Source: Eledone cirrhosa (Eukaryota). From it: a stretch of 64,000 nt of DNA. The translations under genes and the position numbers were made by a program. The DNA lies in NCBI GenBank assembly GCA_964016885.1, contig OZ024742.1, positions 49,724,001 to 49,788,000 of the forward strand, given 5' to 3'. Shown here in pieces: positions 39,828 through 53,064 of this stretch; position 1 is the stretch's first letter; each line of letters begins with the position of its first letter. A model generated the notes under the pieces. The model searched no databases and was not told where the DNA came from. It saw nothing but the letters and a program-made list of their open reading frames with translations.

Positions 39828-41289
39828 TTGTTTGACTGTTGCTGGTAGCCGTGGAGCCGGTTTCGGAAGGAGGGGGGTTTTCTCCTTTCTCAGGGTCTTC
39901 TCGTTGCAGAAGGCCCTGAGGTGAGTCTTCGATCCACAGCGAAAGCATTTCGGGCGTTTGCCCTCAACACTTATGGGCAATTGAGTGCCGTTATCGAAGT
40001 CTATCACATCCGGGATAGCTTCGATGCACTCCTCGTTGGTTTGGATTAACATCTCAATGGAGGCGCCGACCCAATCTTTTCTTACTTTTTTCTGTACTTG
40101 CAGTACAGTTGTTTTGTCCTCGAGGACAGACGCGGCCAGCCAAGAAGGGGCCATCCTGGGGGGGACGTGGGTCAGTTTGACCCTCACAATTTTTTGCCCG
40201 CAGTAGGAGGGCACCAACACCATTTCCTCGCTCCTTAGGGTCACTAAGGATTGATCCTTGGCCACATGGGGTGTGGCAAAAAGTACGTCTACGGTGGCAT
40301 ATTTCTTGCCTCGGGTGATGTGCGTTTTCCGCTGCCACACAGACCCCAAGGCTTTTTGTATTTGAGCCTCTGTGGCTCTTTCAACCCTACGGGATTTTGT
40401 ACTTACTGTACGGTACGTGACCGTACAGTGCTGTTGGGTTTCGAAAAATTTTTCCGCTGCCTTGCAGATTGCTCGATGTCCAGTTTTTGTCACCATCTTC
40501 TTCGCTTCCTCTAATTCCTCATTTGTTATGAGGATGGTTTCCAGGTTCTTTGCGATACCTGCAAACGAGATTGGTTTTTCTTTGCTGCTGTTGTTGTTGT
40601 CGTCAGAGCTGCTGTTACTTTTGTTGTTGCTGCAGGTACTACGACTACTGCCGGCGCCGCTGTTGCTGTTGTTGTTGTTGTTGTTGTTGCTGCTGCTGCT
40701 GTTGTTGTTGCTGCTAATGCTGTGTGTTGTTTATGCTGCTGCTGATGCTGTTGCGGCTGCTACTGTTGTTTTCCTTGTTGCTGTTGTTATTACGGCTGCT
40801 TCTGCTATTATTCCTGACGTCAGACGAATGAAATGGGTTTTCGTATTTCCCGCACACCTGTTTCGTCATTGTCGTCGTCATCGTGGAGAAATCTTGCACG
40901 CTTTGCACGAGATTTTTCTTTTCTGTCGTCGCTTGCGAAAGAGAAGGGAGGGAGAGAGACACATTTAAAGAAGGGAGGGAGAGAGACAATCTTCTCTCTG
41001 CTGTAGTGACGATTGAGGAAGAAGAAGACGGAATGAGTGGGAGTGACCTATGAAAATTCTTTTTCGTAACCATGTTGTTTTTTTGTTTAAAATAAATATT
41101 GGGCACAAAACCCCAATAAGCAGTTATTTCACCCCGAAGGGCCAAATAACGGGCAGAAAGACCCCTCTCATGAGGAGGAGGGTGTTTTTGTCTACAAGTT
41201 GGTTAAAGTTTTAAACAATTTACAATTGTTATAGCGGTCAAAATTTACAATACCTTACAGAGCCGAGCTTCCGTCAACCATAGCATTCA
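39828..41289 (-). mobile_element. 5' UTR plus gag-like ORF1 of a Tx1/L1-type LINE, lacking ORF2
   Basis: ORF 39807-40496 has a CCHC knuckle (CFRCGSKTHLRAFC) after ISVEGKRPK. The frame stays open upstream through an Asn/Ser low-complexity tract to ~40715 and probably joins ORF 40714-41145 by a frameshift. (ATT)n on both sides. Confidence 0.7.
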
Positions 41290-41317
41290 ATAATAATAAT
41301 AATAATAATAATAATAA

Positions 41318-43583
41318 ACAGCATTACATTCCTGCTTCCGAAGAATGATGAGACAAACAATCCCCAAAATTACAGACCGATAATTTGCTTCACCACAATG
41401 TATAAAATTTTAACATCAGTCCTAACTGAATATACATATGACCACCTGATAACAAATGACCTATTTCCCATTGAGCAGATAGGGTGTAAAGGAAGCTCAT
41501 ATGGCTGTAAGGATCAGCTTTTGGTTAACAAAATGATACTGGAAGATTGTCATAATAGACACAAAAATCTATCAATTGCTTGGATAGATTATAAAAAAGC
41601 ATTCGATAGTTTGCCACACAGTTGGATTGAAAAATGTTTAGAGATTTTCAAAATATCCCCTGTTGTCAGGAGGTTTTTGTCATTCAGTATGAAGACATGG
41701 AAAACGACACTCCTTTTGAATAGTGAAACAAAATCACTGGAAGCTGGAGAAGTTAATATTAATTGTGGAATTTTTCAGGGTGACTCTTTATCACCGCTTT
41801 TATTCTGCATCGCACTTATAACATTAAGTAAAATGCTCAATGAAACAAAACATGGATATAAAGTCTATGACAAAACCATTAATCCCTTGTTCTACATGGA
41901 TGACCTGAAACTATTTGCAAAAAATGATGAACAATTGCAAGGGTTATTATCCACTGTGGAGCAGTTCAGTGATGACATTAAAATGGAGTTTGGACTAGAT
42001 AAATGCGCCAAAGCAACATTCACCAGAGGAAAGCTGCTGAAGAGTTCAGACATTAATCTTGATCGGGGGAACGTGATAAGAGAACTTGATCAAGAAAAAA
42101 CTTACAAATATCTAGGTGTTTGTGAAGGAGACGGAATCAAGCACTCGACAATGAAGGAAAGGATAAGGAAGGAATGTTACCGCAGAGTAAGAGCAATCTT
42201 AAGAACGGAATTGAATGCAAGGAATAGGATCGATGCCATAAACACGCTTGCCATACCAGTAGTAACCTACAGTCACAATGTCATCAAGTGGTCAAGCACA
42301 GAGATCCGTAGGCTCGATACAAAAATTCGAAAATTCTTAACCATGCACAGAATGCATCACCCTAAGGCAGATACAGATAGAATATATCTCCCTAGGAAAG
42401 AAGAAGGACGTGGGTTAATCCAGTTAGACATTGCGTTGAAAACTGCAACAATTGGATTATCTACATATCTAAGGGAATCACATGATTGGATGATCAAACT
42501 TGTTTTGAAACACAAAAGCATCAAAAGATCATATTCCATTACAAAAGATGCACAAAGATACAGTAATGGACTACAAATTTCAGAAGTCCCATTTGCTGCT
42601 GCAATGGAAAACACAGAAAAAGCAAAGCAGGTAAAAGTAACTGCAACGAAAGAACTGCTACAGAAACTGGCTAAGAAATGGCAAGAAAAGCCTCTGTATG
42701 GAAAATACCCAGAGCGAGCTAACAATCCTGATGTTGACAAAACTTTAACCCATCAGTGGTTGGCATCCTCTGGACTGAAATCGGAGACTGAAGGACTGAT
42801 TATATCAGCACAAGATCAGTGTCTGCCAACAAAAAATTACCAAGCCAACATAATAAAAAATGGATGCAGCCCATTATGCCGTGTATGCAAAAAACAACCA
42901 GAGACCATTGACCATATAATTTCAATGTGCAGTCCTATAGCTCCAACCGAATACCTAAACAGGCATGACAGAGCTGCACAATACATACATTGGATAATGT
43001 GTAAGCATTTTGACCTGCCACATCAAAAGAATTGGTGGGAGCATCAACCACCTCCCATACTTGAAAAAGATCACATATCAATCTTGTGGAACTTTAGCAT
43101 CCAAACAGACCGAAAAATAGATGCAAATAGATCTGATATAATATTGAAGGACTTTAAAAAGAGGGTATGCCTTCTAATTGATATGTCCGTTCCAATAGAC
43201 AAAAACATTTGAAAAATTGAGCAAGTATAAGGACCTGGAGATAGAAATTGGAAAAATGTGGAAATTGAGAACTAAAACAATACCAGTGGTTGTGGGCGCT
43301 CTGGGAATGATACCTAAGGGGTCTAATGATTACTTATCGCAAATCCCAGGAAACCCGCGTATAGGAGAAATACAAAAGATAGTACTAATGGGAACTGCCC
43401 ATATACTAAGGAAGATTCTGTCAATATAAGTACATCACAAGTCTAAACACTAAAGATGCATGTGTGAGTATGTATGTTCTTTCTTGAACATGGCGGACCT
43501 TGTTGTCTCTTGAGGTCACTGGTTGTGACTTGGTGATAACTCATATGAACATAAAGCAAGATAAATGCAACTGTAATAATAAT
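41318..43583 (+). mobile_element. 5'-truncated R4/Dong-clade non-LTR retrotransposon inserted in (TAA)n
   Basis: RT plus CCHC plus restriction-like endonuclease; (TAA)n at 41290-41316 and 43575-43584, the established Dong target. Confidence 0.88.
41398..43429 (+). pseudogene. RT / CCHC zinc finger / restriction-like endonuclease polyprotein (604-aa ORF plus frameshifted C-terminus 43217-43429)
   Basis: YRPI, WIDYKKAFDS, GIFQGDSLSPLLF, FYMDDLKLF, YKYLG, GRGL, CRVC-x8-H-x4-C, RHD, RSDII...IDMSVP, KYKDL. Confidence 0.9.
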
Positions 43584-43585
43584 AA

Positions 43586-44250
43586 ACACCATATTTACAA
43601 GGAGGAGGCTAGCTCACTGTAGAATCTGTGGAGAGAGAGGGGAGACTGTGGCTCACATTGTATCCGAGTGTAAACACCTAGCCCAGACTCACTATAAAGG
43701 CTGGAGACATGATGTGATGGGCAGCGTGATCCACTGGCACCTATGCAAAGTAAACAATTTACCACATTCTGAGAAGTGGTATGAGCATAAGCCAGAGTCG
43801 GTGATGGAAAACGATCAGGTGAAGGTGCTGTGGGATTTTAGGATACAGACGGACAAGAAACTGGAAGGCAATAGACCTGACCTGGTGGTTTTGGACAAGG
43901 GAAAAATATTGTGCCTGATTGTGGATGTAGCCTGCCCATTTGACACGAGAGTGCAAGAGAAGGAGAGGGAGGAAATTAACTGATACCAGGACTTAAAGTG
44001 GGAGTTAAAAAGGATTTGGAACTGCCATGATTGTCATAGGCGCACTAGGTACTATCTCAAAGAGTTTCCAAGGATGGTTAAAGAAAATTGGTCCCGCGCC
44101 ACTTTTTGGAACACTTCAAAAGGCATGCTAGCTGGGAACAGCAAGATCCCTCCAATACGTCCTGAATATCTGAGGCTGCAGGTAGTGGCTTGATATTCAT
44201 TTCAACAAACTTTCCAGTTAAATAACATCAATGACTGAGACTCAAAGAAC

Positions 44251-44283
<33 letters not shown>
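43586..44283 (+). mobile_element. Second R4/Dong-type family, 3' fragment (CCHC plus endonuclease) with (AAT)n tail
   Basis: CRICGERGETVAHIVSEC, WRHD, RPDLVV, IVDVACP, *YQDLKWEL; ends in (AAT)n, directly followed by (ATT)n. Confidence 0.85.
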
Positions 44284-46607
44284 TATTATTATTATTATTA
44301 TTACCCATTCAGTACTTCTCTTGAATTAATTCTACATTGCATATAATTTAGTCAACATCTATTTGCGTTCAATGTATTTTAAACTCTAATTGTCATAGAT
44401 GCAATGAAAAAAAAAAAAAAATTGAGATATTCTTAAATAAATTTCATATATTTGTTACTGTTTCTCTAATGCTAATAATGTTTATGTCTGAATAAAGGTA
44501 TATGTCAAGATTGGAAAGAAAAAATTTATAAGTACAACATATTTTAAGGCTGCTGCATAAAATGAGATGTGACAGCAGGTAGCCATGAAATAAATTGCTA
44601 AGGTGTGAATATTGCCTCAGGTTGTGTTGATCTTATATGGTTACACGAGTTTATACAGTGCAATAAACTACAAAAACAGATCTTACTTTAAACTTTCAGT
44701 ACATAAAAAGTTTCTTTACTTCTTTAACCTCCCAACGTATCAATGGAATTGAACTTACTTTTTCTTTTAGCTTCTTTATGAAATGTATAAACTTACACTT
44801 AAGTCTAGAAATATTTTCTTTTTTAACAAATATATAATTGTTGATTTAGTACTTTGCGCATTATGTAGCAACTTCTTATTTTATATAGATGTTATATTCC
44901 GTAACTTCACTGAGGTAAAATGAATAGATATATATATTCTGTTATTTGAAACTAGACAAGTCAAATACTGAACAACTCAGTCATGTCTACAACCTTCCTC
45001 ACAAACATACAAACAGCACACATTCAACATAGAAATAGTCATTACTCTTCTATTGATAAGTGGTTGGTTATAGGAAGGGCACGCACTTATAGAAATATGC
45101 CAAACAAAGGGTTGGGATGACCATTCAGTTATATCAAAGAGATATGCCATAATAAATGTATATAGTAGAATGTGAAACTGTATGTAAGCAAGAGGAGAAT
45201 CCACAACCTGTCTGGGAGATCAGTAGACATGCTTCAATACTGCCTTGGTCTGCAAAGACCTCTCCAACTATTGCTAGCAAGGAAAGCAGATGTTAAATGA
45301 TAATGAAAATGACTGTTTGTTATTTTACTTGTTTCCATCAGAAAAATGTGGCCATACTGGGGAACCCACTACCTTTATTTCAATCATATGAATCCCAGTA
45401 CCTATTTATTCAAGACAAGTACTTATTTAAATTGTTTACATTTTTGTTGAACCTCTTGGTTAGAGGACACACATGTAAACAGAGACAGATATACACACAT
45501 AAAAACACACACACACAAACACAAGCTCACACACACACACACACAAGCTCACACACACTCATACAAACACGCACACACTTATATGTTCAACTATTTTGCT
45601 GTAAAAATGCTTGTTTTAGATTTATGCAGATGACAAAACAAAATTTACAATGATCCCCCTCATCTGTTTCAATTTAAGAAAAAGAGGAAATAAAATAATA
45701 GAGAAAAGTTATTTTATGAAGAGAAATGCTCCTTTACTATCTTAGAAGATTTTATGGTTGTTATTGATTTAATGAAAACTTATTACATTTATAAAACTAC
45801 GTTAAATCTCCTCTAATATTTCTGATAATTGTAGAAATATCTTAAGTCCTGCCATAAATTAATTGGGCTTCTATCAAAAGGTATTCCTATACTTTCTCCT
45901 CACCCAAATATTCCCCACATCAGATGTCAAAATATATTCCTTAATTAGTTGACATTAGATGAGATTTTATGTAAATTTCTGATTTTATTTAATTCTTCTT
46001 AAAGTTGGTGTCTCCTGTCTCTGAAGTACTTGTCCACGATTAACTCAGCAAATCGAAATGTAAATTAGCAATCAAGTGTCCTCTATTAAAGGAAGCAGTG
46101 AATTCTTTAAATATAATCAATATGAGAATTTATTTAAGAATACCAATTGCATAAACGCAATTTACCTCCTGTTCTTTTGTTTCTTGTTTTCTTCTCACTC
46201 TCCTCATTCTTTCTATATCTTTCTCTTTTTCTCCCTCTTCCCTCTTTGTCACCCTCTTCTTCTCCCTCTCTGCTCCCCTCTATTTCTCTGGTCTGTCTCT
46301 TATTCCCCCACACCTATCTGTATACTCATATAGTATAAATTAAGTTGTTTATGTATGTATCCATATGTGAATGTGTGTGCCAGTATATAATGCGTATAAA
46401 AATATTTAAATTTTAATGTGACAATTGGTTGTTGCAGAGTAATTATTTTTCTTCTATTCATTTGTTCCTATTCAAAGATAATTATACATATGTTTACATA
46501 GTAATCTTCTAATTAATTTTATAATTTTCTCTTGCCTATCCTTGATATGCAAGGACATATTTGAATATTTCTATATATGTGTATGTATGTATGTACATAT
46601 ATATATA

Positions 46608-46826
46608 TAAGAAAAACAATGAAGTTTCATTTACATGTATTTAGTCTTTTTATTGTGTATTGAGTCGTTACATACATTTCGCAGAGGATTGGCTCAGGGT
46701 CTCCTATAGAAGTTCATAATTTCTATTGGTGACCCTGAACCAATCACCTGTGAAATGTGCATAACATGTTGATGCACAAGATAACTACATACATGTAAAT
46801 GAAACTTCATAATTGTTCTTGTTATA
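46608..46826. repeat. ~220-nt imperfect fold-back containing the 3' half of a hammerhead motif
   Basis: Arms ATGAAGTTTCATTTACATGTA/TACATGTAAATGAAACTTCAT and CATTTCGCAGAGGATTGGCTCAGGGTC/GACCCTGAACCAATCACCTGTGAAATG. GAAA-TGTGCA-TA is present but CUGANGA is absent. Confidence 0.75.
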
Positions 46827-48521
46827 TACACTCTGTCTGTGCATCAAGTGCTCATTTTAGTACCACCAAGTAATTCACTGAATATCTGGATTAATCCTAG
46901 CATGAACTGAGATCCCATCTAATGGGGAGTTGTTTGCCTTCAATGATATTGGTGCTAAGGTGTATCATATTTGCAGTTCCCTTGGACAAAAACAGTGGTA
47001 TGAAGAGGGGAGACTGGTATGCATGGGTGACTGTTGGTTTTGCACAACATTTTTACCCAGGCTTGCACTATGAAGAGAAACTTTGCAGGTGTAAACCCTG
47101 ATTAATCATGAGTGAAGGGGATCTATTATATACGAGGAAAATATAGTGAGGAGGAGGGGGTGCAAGTATATTTAGATAAGTGAATTAGGTACAAAGGGAA
47201 TGGTTATCATGGTACACTATATTCAGCTGAACTTTTAACATTTTATTTGCCTTGGATGGATGGTTTTCACTAGGCTTTGAACTTAGAATACAATGACCAT
47301 TCTTAATTTTAGTAGTTAAATATTTTGGCTTACAGGAATGAAGAGGAAGTATACATTTTAGTTCACACTTAGCTAATTATTTGGTGTCAAGTAATTATAT
47401 AATGCCACGCTTGTTTAAAATAGCAGGATGTTATTTCAACCACCAGTATGTGAACACTTGTGTATTAAGTATGACACATATATATAGTTATCGTCTCAAT
47501 AATTATATCCAAATTGCTCTGTAAAGATATTAAAACATTCTAGAGAATAATATATATTATTAGATTTAGCATTGTGTATATATATATGGACCTGTAACTC
47601 GTGATAGATTCAGAGAGGTACTGTAATGGCATAGAAGATAACCTAATGGAGCCCATAACCTCTCCATGTCCAAATACTGTGGGTTCCTTCCAAAGAAGGA
47701 AATGAGAAGAAGTGAGAAAGAGTTACAGAAGAAGAATCAACCCCAGCACTTGACAGGCACTTTAAGTAATAGGGTTGATAAAATTACATAGTTACTTCAA
47801 TCCTCTATAAATGTGTGATCTTTGGCCATGAGGTATTTAGTTATATCTCAAGTCTTCAGTACAAATTCCACCAGAGTTATCTTTGGTTTCATTCTTCCAG
47901 GGCTGATAAATTAAGTCCAGTAAGCCAAATAGATGTCTTCATAAAGTCTTAACCTTATGACTTTCTGAGAAATTTATTATAAATACGGTCAAAGTTATTT
48001 TATACAGCAATTTTGGCAATAGCATCTATGATTCCTTACAGGTTTTCTGAGTAATGCATTTAGAGTATAGGGTAAAAACAGCCTTTGCATTATCTGCCAG
48101 GATGAGGAAACCTCCATCAATACGAAGATTTATCAATTAAGAGGTGTCATTGAAGGAAACTGCATTTGATTCAATTGAATTTTTATTCTTTGTTAGAAAA
48201 TTAAATTTAAGATCATATAAAACCCTATAAATGTATATATATCAGTATATCTAGGTCTAAGGAGAGTAGTTTTGAAGTAACTGAGAAAAAAAAAGTTGTC
48301 AAATTTATTTATTTATTTCTATTTTATTTTAAATTCAGTTCACTGAACTAAAAAGCAAGTAGAAAGTCTTAGCATCATGTTAGAAAAATAGAAAGAAAGA
48401 CAAAGAACTAAACAGCTTGAACTTATTGATCTTAGCGAAAATGTTCACATTATTATTTGATTGGTTACTGATTAACCATGCCGAAACAAAATTATATATA
48501 TCTGTATATATATATGTATGC

Positions 48522-48593
<72 letters not shown>

Positions 48594-48598
48594 ATGTA

Positions 48599-48662
<64 letters not shown>

Positions 48663-48696
48663 TGTATGTATATACACACACACATATATATATATG

Positions 48697-48746
<50 letters not shown>

Positions 48747-48747
48747 C

Positions 48748-48785
<38 letters not shown>

Positions 48786-48786
<1 letters not shown>

Positions 48787-49065
48787 TGTAAAGTCTGTCT
48801 TAAGCCAGAAAGCTTATTTGGCCGGTGCTTATCCCGGTTTCATGGCGTGAAGTGACTGAGAGTACAAGACTCCCCTTTGGACAGGACGCCAGTCCATTGC
48901 AGGGTTAAACCTTCAGCTATTGCTGGCACTCATTTTCAGCTGAGCATACTGGAGCAACGTGAAATGAAGTGTTTTGCTCAAGAACACAACACACAACCCA
49001 GGAATCGAGCCCACAACATTATGGTCGTAAGTCCAACACCCTTACCACTAGGCCACCTGCCTCCA
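48786..49065 (-). mobile_element. CORE-like tRNA SINE with a different 3' module
   Basis: Head GGAGGCAGGTGGCCTAGTGG, B box GGCTCGATTCC, CORE-like TTCTTGAGCAAAACACTT...CTCAGCTGAAAATG; tail GGGATAAGCACCGGCC...CTTTACACTTT differs from family A. Confidence 0.75.
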
Positions 49066-49094
49066 TATATACATATACATATATATATATATAT

Positions 49095-49408
49095 CATCAT
49101 TCATCATCATCATTTCCTTTTACGTCCGCTTTTCCCTGCTTGCAAGGGTGGGACGGGAACTGATTCTGGCTTGATTTCTACAGCTGGATGCCCTTCCTAA
49201 CACCAACCTCATTTACAGTGAGTCCTGGGTGCTTTTTTGCCGTGGCACCACCATGACCACTTTGCAGTGGAATGATATGGACCCCAGTCCCTATTATCTC
49301 ATTTCTACAGCTGAGTAAACTGGAGTAATGTGAAATAAAGTGTCTTGCTCAAGGAAACAACACATGACCCGGTCTGAGAATTGAACTCACAACCTAAGCC
49401 ATGTGCCT

Positions 49409-49411
<3 letters not shown>
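49095..49411 (-). mobile_element. SINE family A (deletion in the tRNA head)
   Basis: Match to 2657-2990. Confidence 0.85.
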
Positions 49412-49448
<37 letters not shown>

Positions 49449-50004
49449 TAGAGAGAGAGAAAGAGGGGGAAGAAAATAATAGAAAATATATACTTTTAAG
49501 ATATATATATGCACCAAAAGCAAATTGGAGAACATAAAAATCAAATTAAACAAATGCTTTATGTGAATTATCTGCAAATCAATAAGAGCAGAAAAAATAA
49601 ATTATTTGTAAATTGGTAATCAAGTTAGACTTACACTGTCTTCTTTTTATGATCTATGAATATATATTGATACATTTTATGAAGTAATAAGTATTTGGTT
49701 CTGTATTAAGTGAAGCAAAAATGCTATGAAATTCCAGAAAGGTTTGTCGTAGATTACATTTATGCACACACACACACACAAGCACAAATATGTACACTGG
49801 CCCAATGCTAAGAAATATTATATCATATATATATGTATATATATGTGTGATTGTGTGTGTATATATAAATATTTTTGTGAGTGTGTGTGTATGTGTATAT
49901 ATATATATATAGATAGAGAAATAAATATATGTGTAAATATATGTATATATATATATATACACTGATATTAAATAAATGGAAATTATATTTTTAAAACCAT
50001 ATTT

Positions 50005-50064
50005 ATTCTATTATATATATTTCAAGGGTACCAAAAACTTTGGTACGCTTTCATCAGATAAAAT
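50005..50064 (-). ncRNA. Type I hammerhead ribozyme motif with intact core, in a Penelope-like relic (about 49960-50420)
   Basis: Minus strand: AUUUUAU-CUGAUGA-[AAGCGUACCAAA GUU UUUGGUACCCUU]-GAAA-UAUAUA-UA-AUAGAAU. Confidence 0.78.
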
Positions 50065-51537
50065 GCAAACTGTGTTTTATAAATTTTGACATAGCCAAGG
50101 AAACATACCTTTACAGTTGAATTTTCCTTGGGTAGTGAGATTAAAGAACGGATTTTTCAAACTTATAGATGAGTATGCAAATAAATATGTAAAGAAGGTT
50201 GAGTTATATGATTGAAAAACCGTTATTTTAAACGCTATGGAAAGTGTAGGTATATTAGTAGGAGAGAAAGAAAGAAAGAAGAAAACAGTAAAAGGAAAAA
50301 GAAGACCACTTATATACATTAATTTGGAGGAAATAAATTTGAATATTTACCTATATTATGTATATATTTATATGGAGAATTATGTTTGTAAGTATTTATC
50401 TTATTATAATATTGTAGTGGGTTAAATATATAAATATCTATATATATTTATATATATCTATATATCTACACATATTATATCTATGTGTGTGTGTGTAAAT
50501 ATATATGTATATATAGATCAATGCAAATATGATATGGATAGACAACTGAAAAAATGGTGATATCCCTTTTTTTAGGTAACTACTATTGATCAGAATGATT
50601 TTGATGCTCTAAAGTTCATATCATATGTATATATATATATATGTATATAGGGAGCCAGAGATAATGAGATATGTATATATATTTATATCATTATCATCAT
50701 CATCATTTAACTGCATATACATATGTACACATACTTACATATACAGAGAGAGAGTGGGGGCTGAAGAGTGTTGCTTTACCTTGTGTGTGATACTCTAGTT
50801 TTACATATGTAACACTAAAGCACACAGCATCCTTTTGTTGGGAAGTGTATGGTATCTGGTATATATGGATATATATTTATTAGCAATTCCATTATGTCGA
50901 TTCTGTGGCTTTATGCCAGTGCCTGAGTGGAGATAAATGTAGTGAATGTTAATTGAAAACAGAGAACCTGTTGAGCATCTTCTCTCAAATACATATACAG
51001 CACCCACACACAGATGCAATAGGCAAACACAGCCATATAATGATACAAATATATTTGTACCAAATTTATTGAAAGCCAAATTGATGGACAAGAAATAATG
51101 AGTAAATTAGAAAACTAAGGGATGTTATATATATATATATATGTATCGTGACTTGAATAGACCTGTTTATATTAAATAATTTTTTTTTCATTTCTTCCAC
51201 TGCCCACTCTCCTCTATCATTCCTCTATCTTTCCAAATGAAAGATTAGCATCTGAAACAAGGCTACTATATATATATCAAATGTAAAACAAAAATATTTC
51301 TTTATTGTACTGTATCGTTTGCTTTGTTATTTATGTTTGTCTTTTGCATATATATATATATAATCTATTTTAAAATAGGTACACCCCACTCCTCTGCATG
51401 TTGCAAGTAGCAGCTGAAAGGGTTGTTATCAGGAAAGGCATCTGGTTGCAAAACATTGCCCCAAAAATCCAGTCTAACCTATGCCAGCATGGAAACATTG
51501 ATGTATAACAATGATGTTTTATATATTCTTGCATACA

Positions 51538-51950
51538 TTAGATGAGGTGATAAAAGCTGACCTTGCCCCATTTCACCTCTCAAAGGCGCTTACACGACTG
51601 AGATCTCTGGCAATATGCAGTAAAACAGAAGATGCGACTTCCCCTGATCACAAGCCGAAGCATATATACAGTATGCCCCAACCCACACTCCCATACACCC
51701 CCATGAGGACAGGTAAATGCATCCAGTGAAGCCCCTAGCCCACACTGTAAACTGGTCATGTATATGTCACAAAATAAAAAAAAACACCCAGTACTCACTG
51801 TAAATGAAGTTGACGTTAGGAAGGGCATCTAGTAGTAGAAACTAAGCCAGAATCAGTCCTGTAGGAGCAAGACATGGTCACCTGACCTAGCATTGCCCAC
51901 AACAGGACATCCCATCTAACCCATGCTAGCGTGGAAAATGGATGTAAATA
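51538..51950 (+). mobile_element. RTE 3'-end composite, similar to 1262-1722
   Basis: DEVIKADL-like coding remnant and the same tail module. Confidence 0.7.
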
Positions 51951-52051
51951 TCCAGCTCATACTAGAAAGTGGATGTTTAGGTGTCACAGCAAAAAGCACC
52001 CAGCCCACACTGTAAATGGATGTTAAACGATGATTATATATATGTCTATAT

Positions 52052-52394
52052 AGGCACATGGCGTAGTGGTAAGAGCATTGGCCTTGCAATCGACAGGTTG
52101 TGAGTTCAATTCTCAGACCGGGTGATGTGTTGTTTCCTTGAGCAAGACACTTTATTTCACATTGCTCCAGTTTACTCAGCTGTAGAAATGAGATGATAGG
52201 GACTGGGGTCGATATCATTCCCCTGCAAAGTGGTCGTGGAGGTGCCACGGCAAAAAAGCACCCATCACTCACTGTAAATGAGGTTGGTGTTAGGAAAGGC
52301 ATCCAGCTGTAGAAATCAAGACAGAATCAGTTCCTGTCTCACCCTTGCAAGCAGGGAAAAGCAGACGTAAAATGATGATGATGATGATGATGAT
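52052..52394 (+). mobile_element. SINE family A
   Basis: GGCACATGGCGTAGTGG head through the (GAT)n tail. Confidence 0.88.
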
Positions 52395-52452
52395 ATTCTT
52401 CATTGGTAATAAAACACGATACTGGAACTTTCATACGAGCCATCATTATTTC

Positions 52453-52730
52453 TGTGGATTGCCAGTATTGGTAGAGGGTCGGACGCATAGAGTTACGGCC
52501 CTTGCTATTCTGAGTTCAAATCCCGCCGAGGTTAACTTTGCCTTTCATCCTTACGGGGTCGATAAAATAAAGTACCAGTAATACACTGCGTAATTGCTGG
52601 CCTTGTGCCTAACGTAGAAACAATTATTTCTGTGTTTAATTTCCTGTCATCCTTACTGGGTCGATGAAATAAAGTACCAGTAATGCACTAGGTAATTGCT
52701 GCCATTGTGCCATAAGCAGAAACAATTATT
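52453..52730 (+). mobile_element. SINE family B followed by a duplicated 3' half
   Basis: GGATTGCCAGTATTGG...GTCGATAAAATAAAGTACCAG...AGAAACAATTATT; the 3' ~90 nt is repeated. Confidence 0.8.
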
Positions 52731-53064
52731 TCTGTGTTTAATTTTCAATGCTTACAGAGACCCTGCCCTCCACTCAACACTTCTTTCTTTCCCTATTTAT
52801 CTTCTTTGTGATGTTTAGTATGCCTAAATATTCCTCTTTGGCATCCTTCTACTTTGAACTACTGGCCCTTATTCATCTAACAATCATTGCCCATATGTAT
52901 TTTGTACAACACCATCTTATTACCTGTACTCTATATTTCATTACTCTCATACTCAGCTTTTTCTCTGAAATTATCGTTTTTTATAATTGCATATGAATAT
53001 GGACCTGACTTTTGATGTTGATAATGTATATTTATACACCTACACACACACACACATGCATATA

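Noticed and set aside
40372-40968. 198-aa Leu-rich plus-strand ORF resembling a membrane or signal peptide protein
   Set aside because: Antisense reading of the AAC/AGC tract in the minus-strand LINE ORF1.
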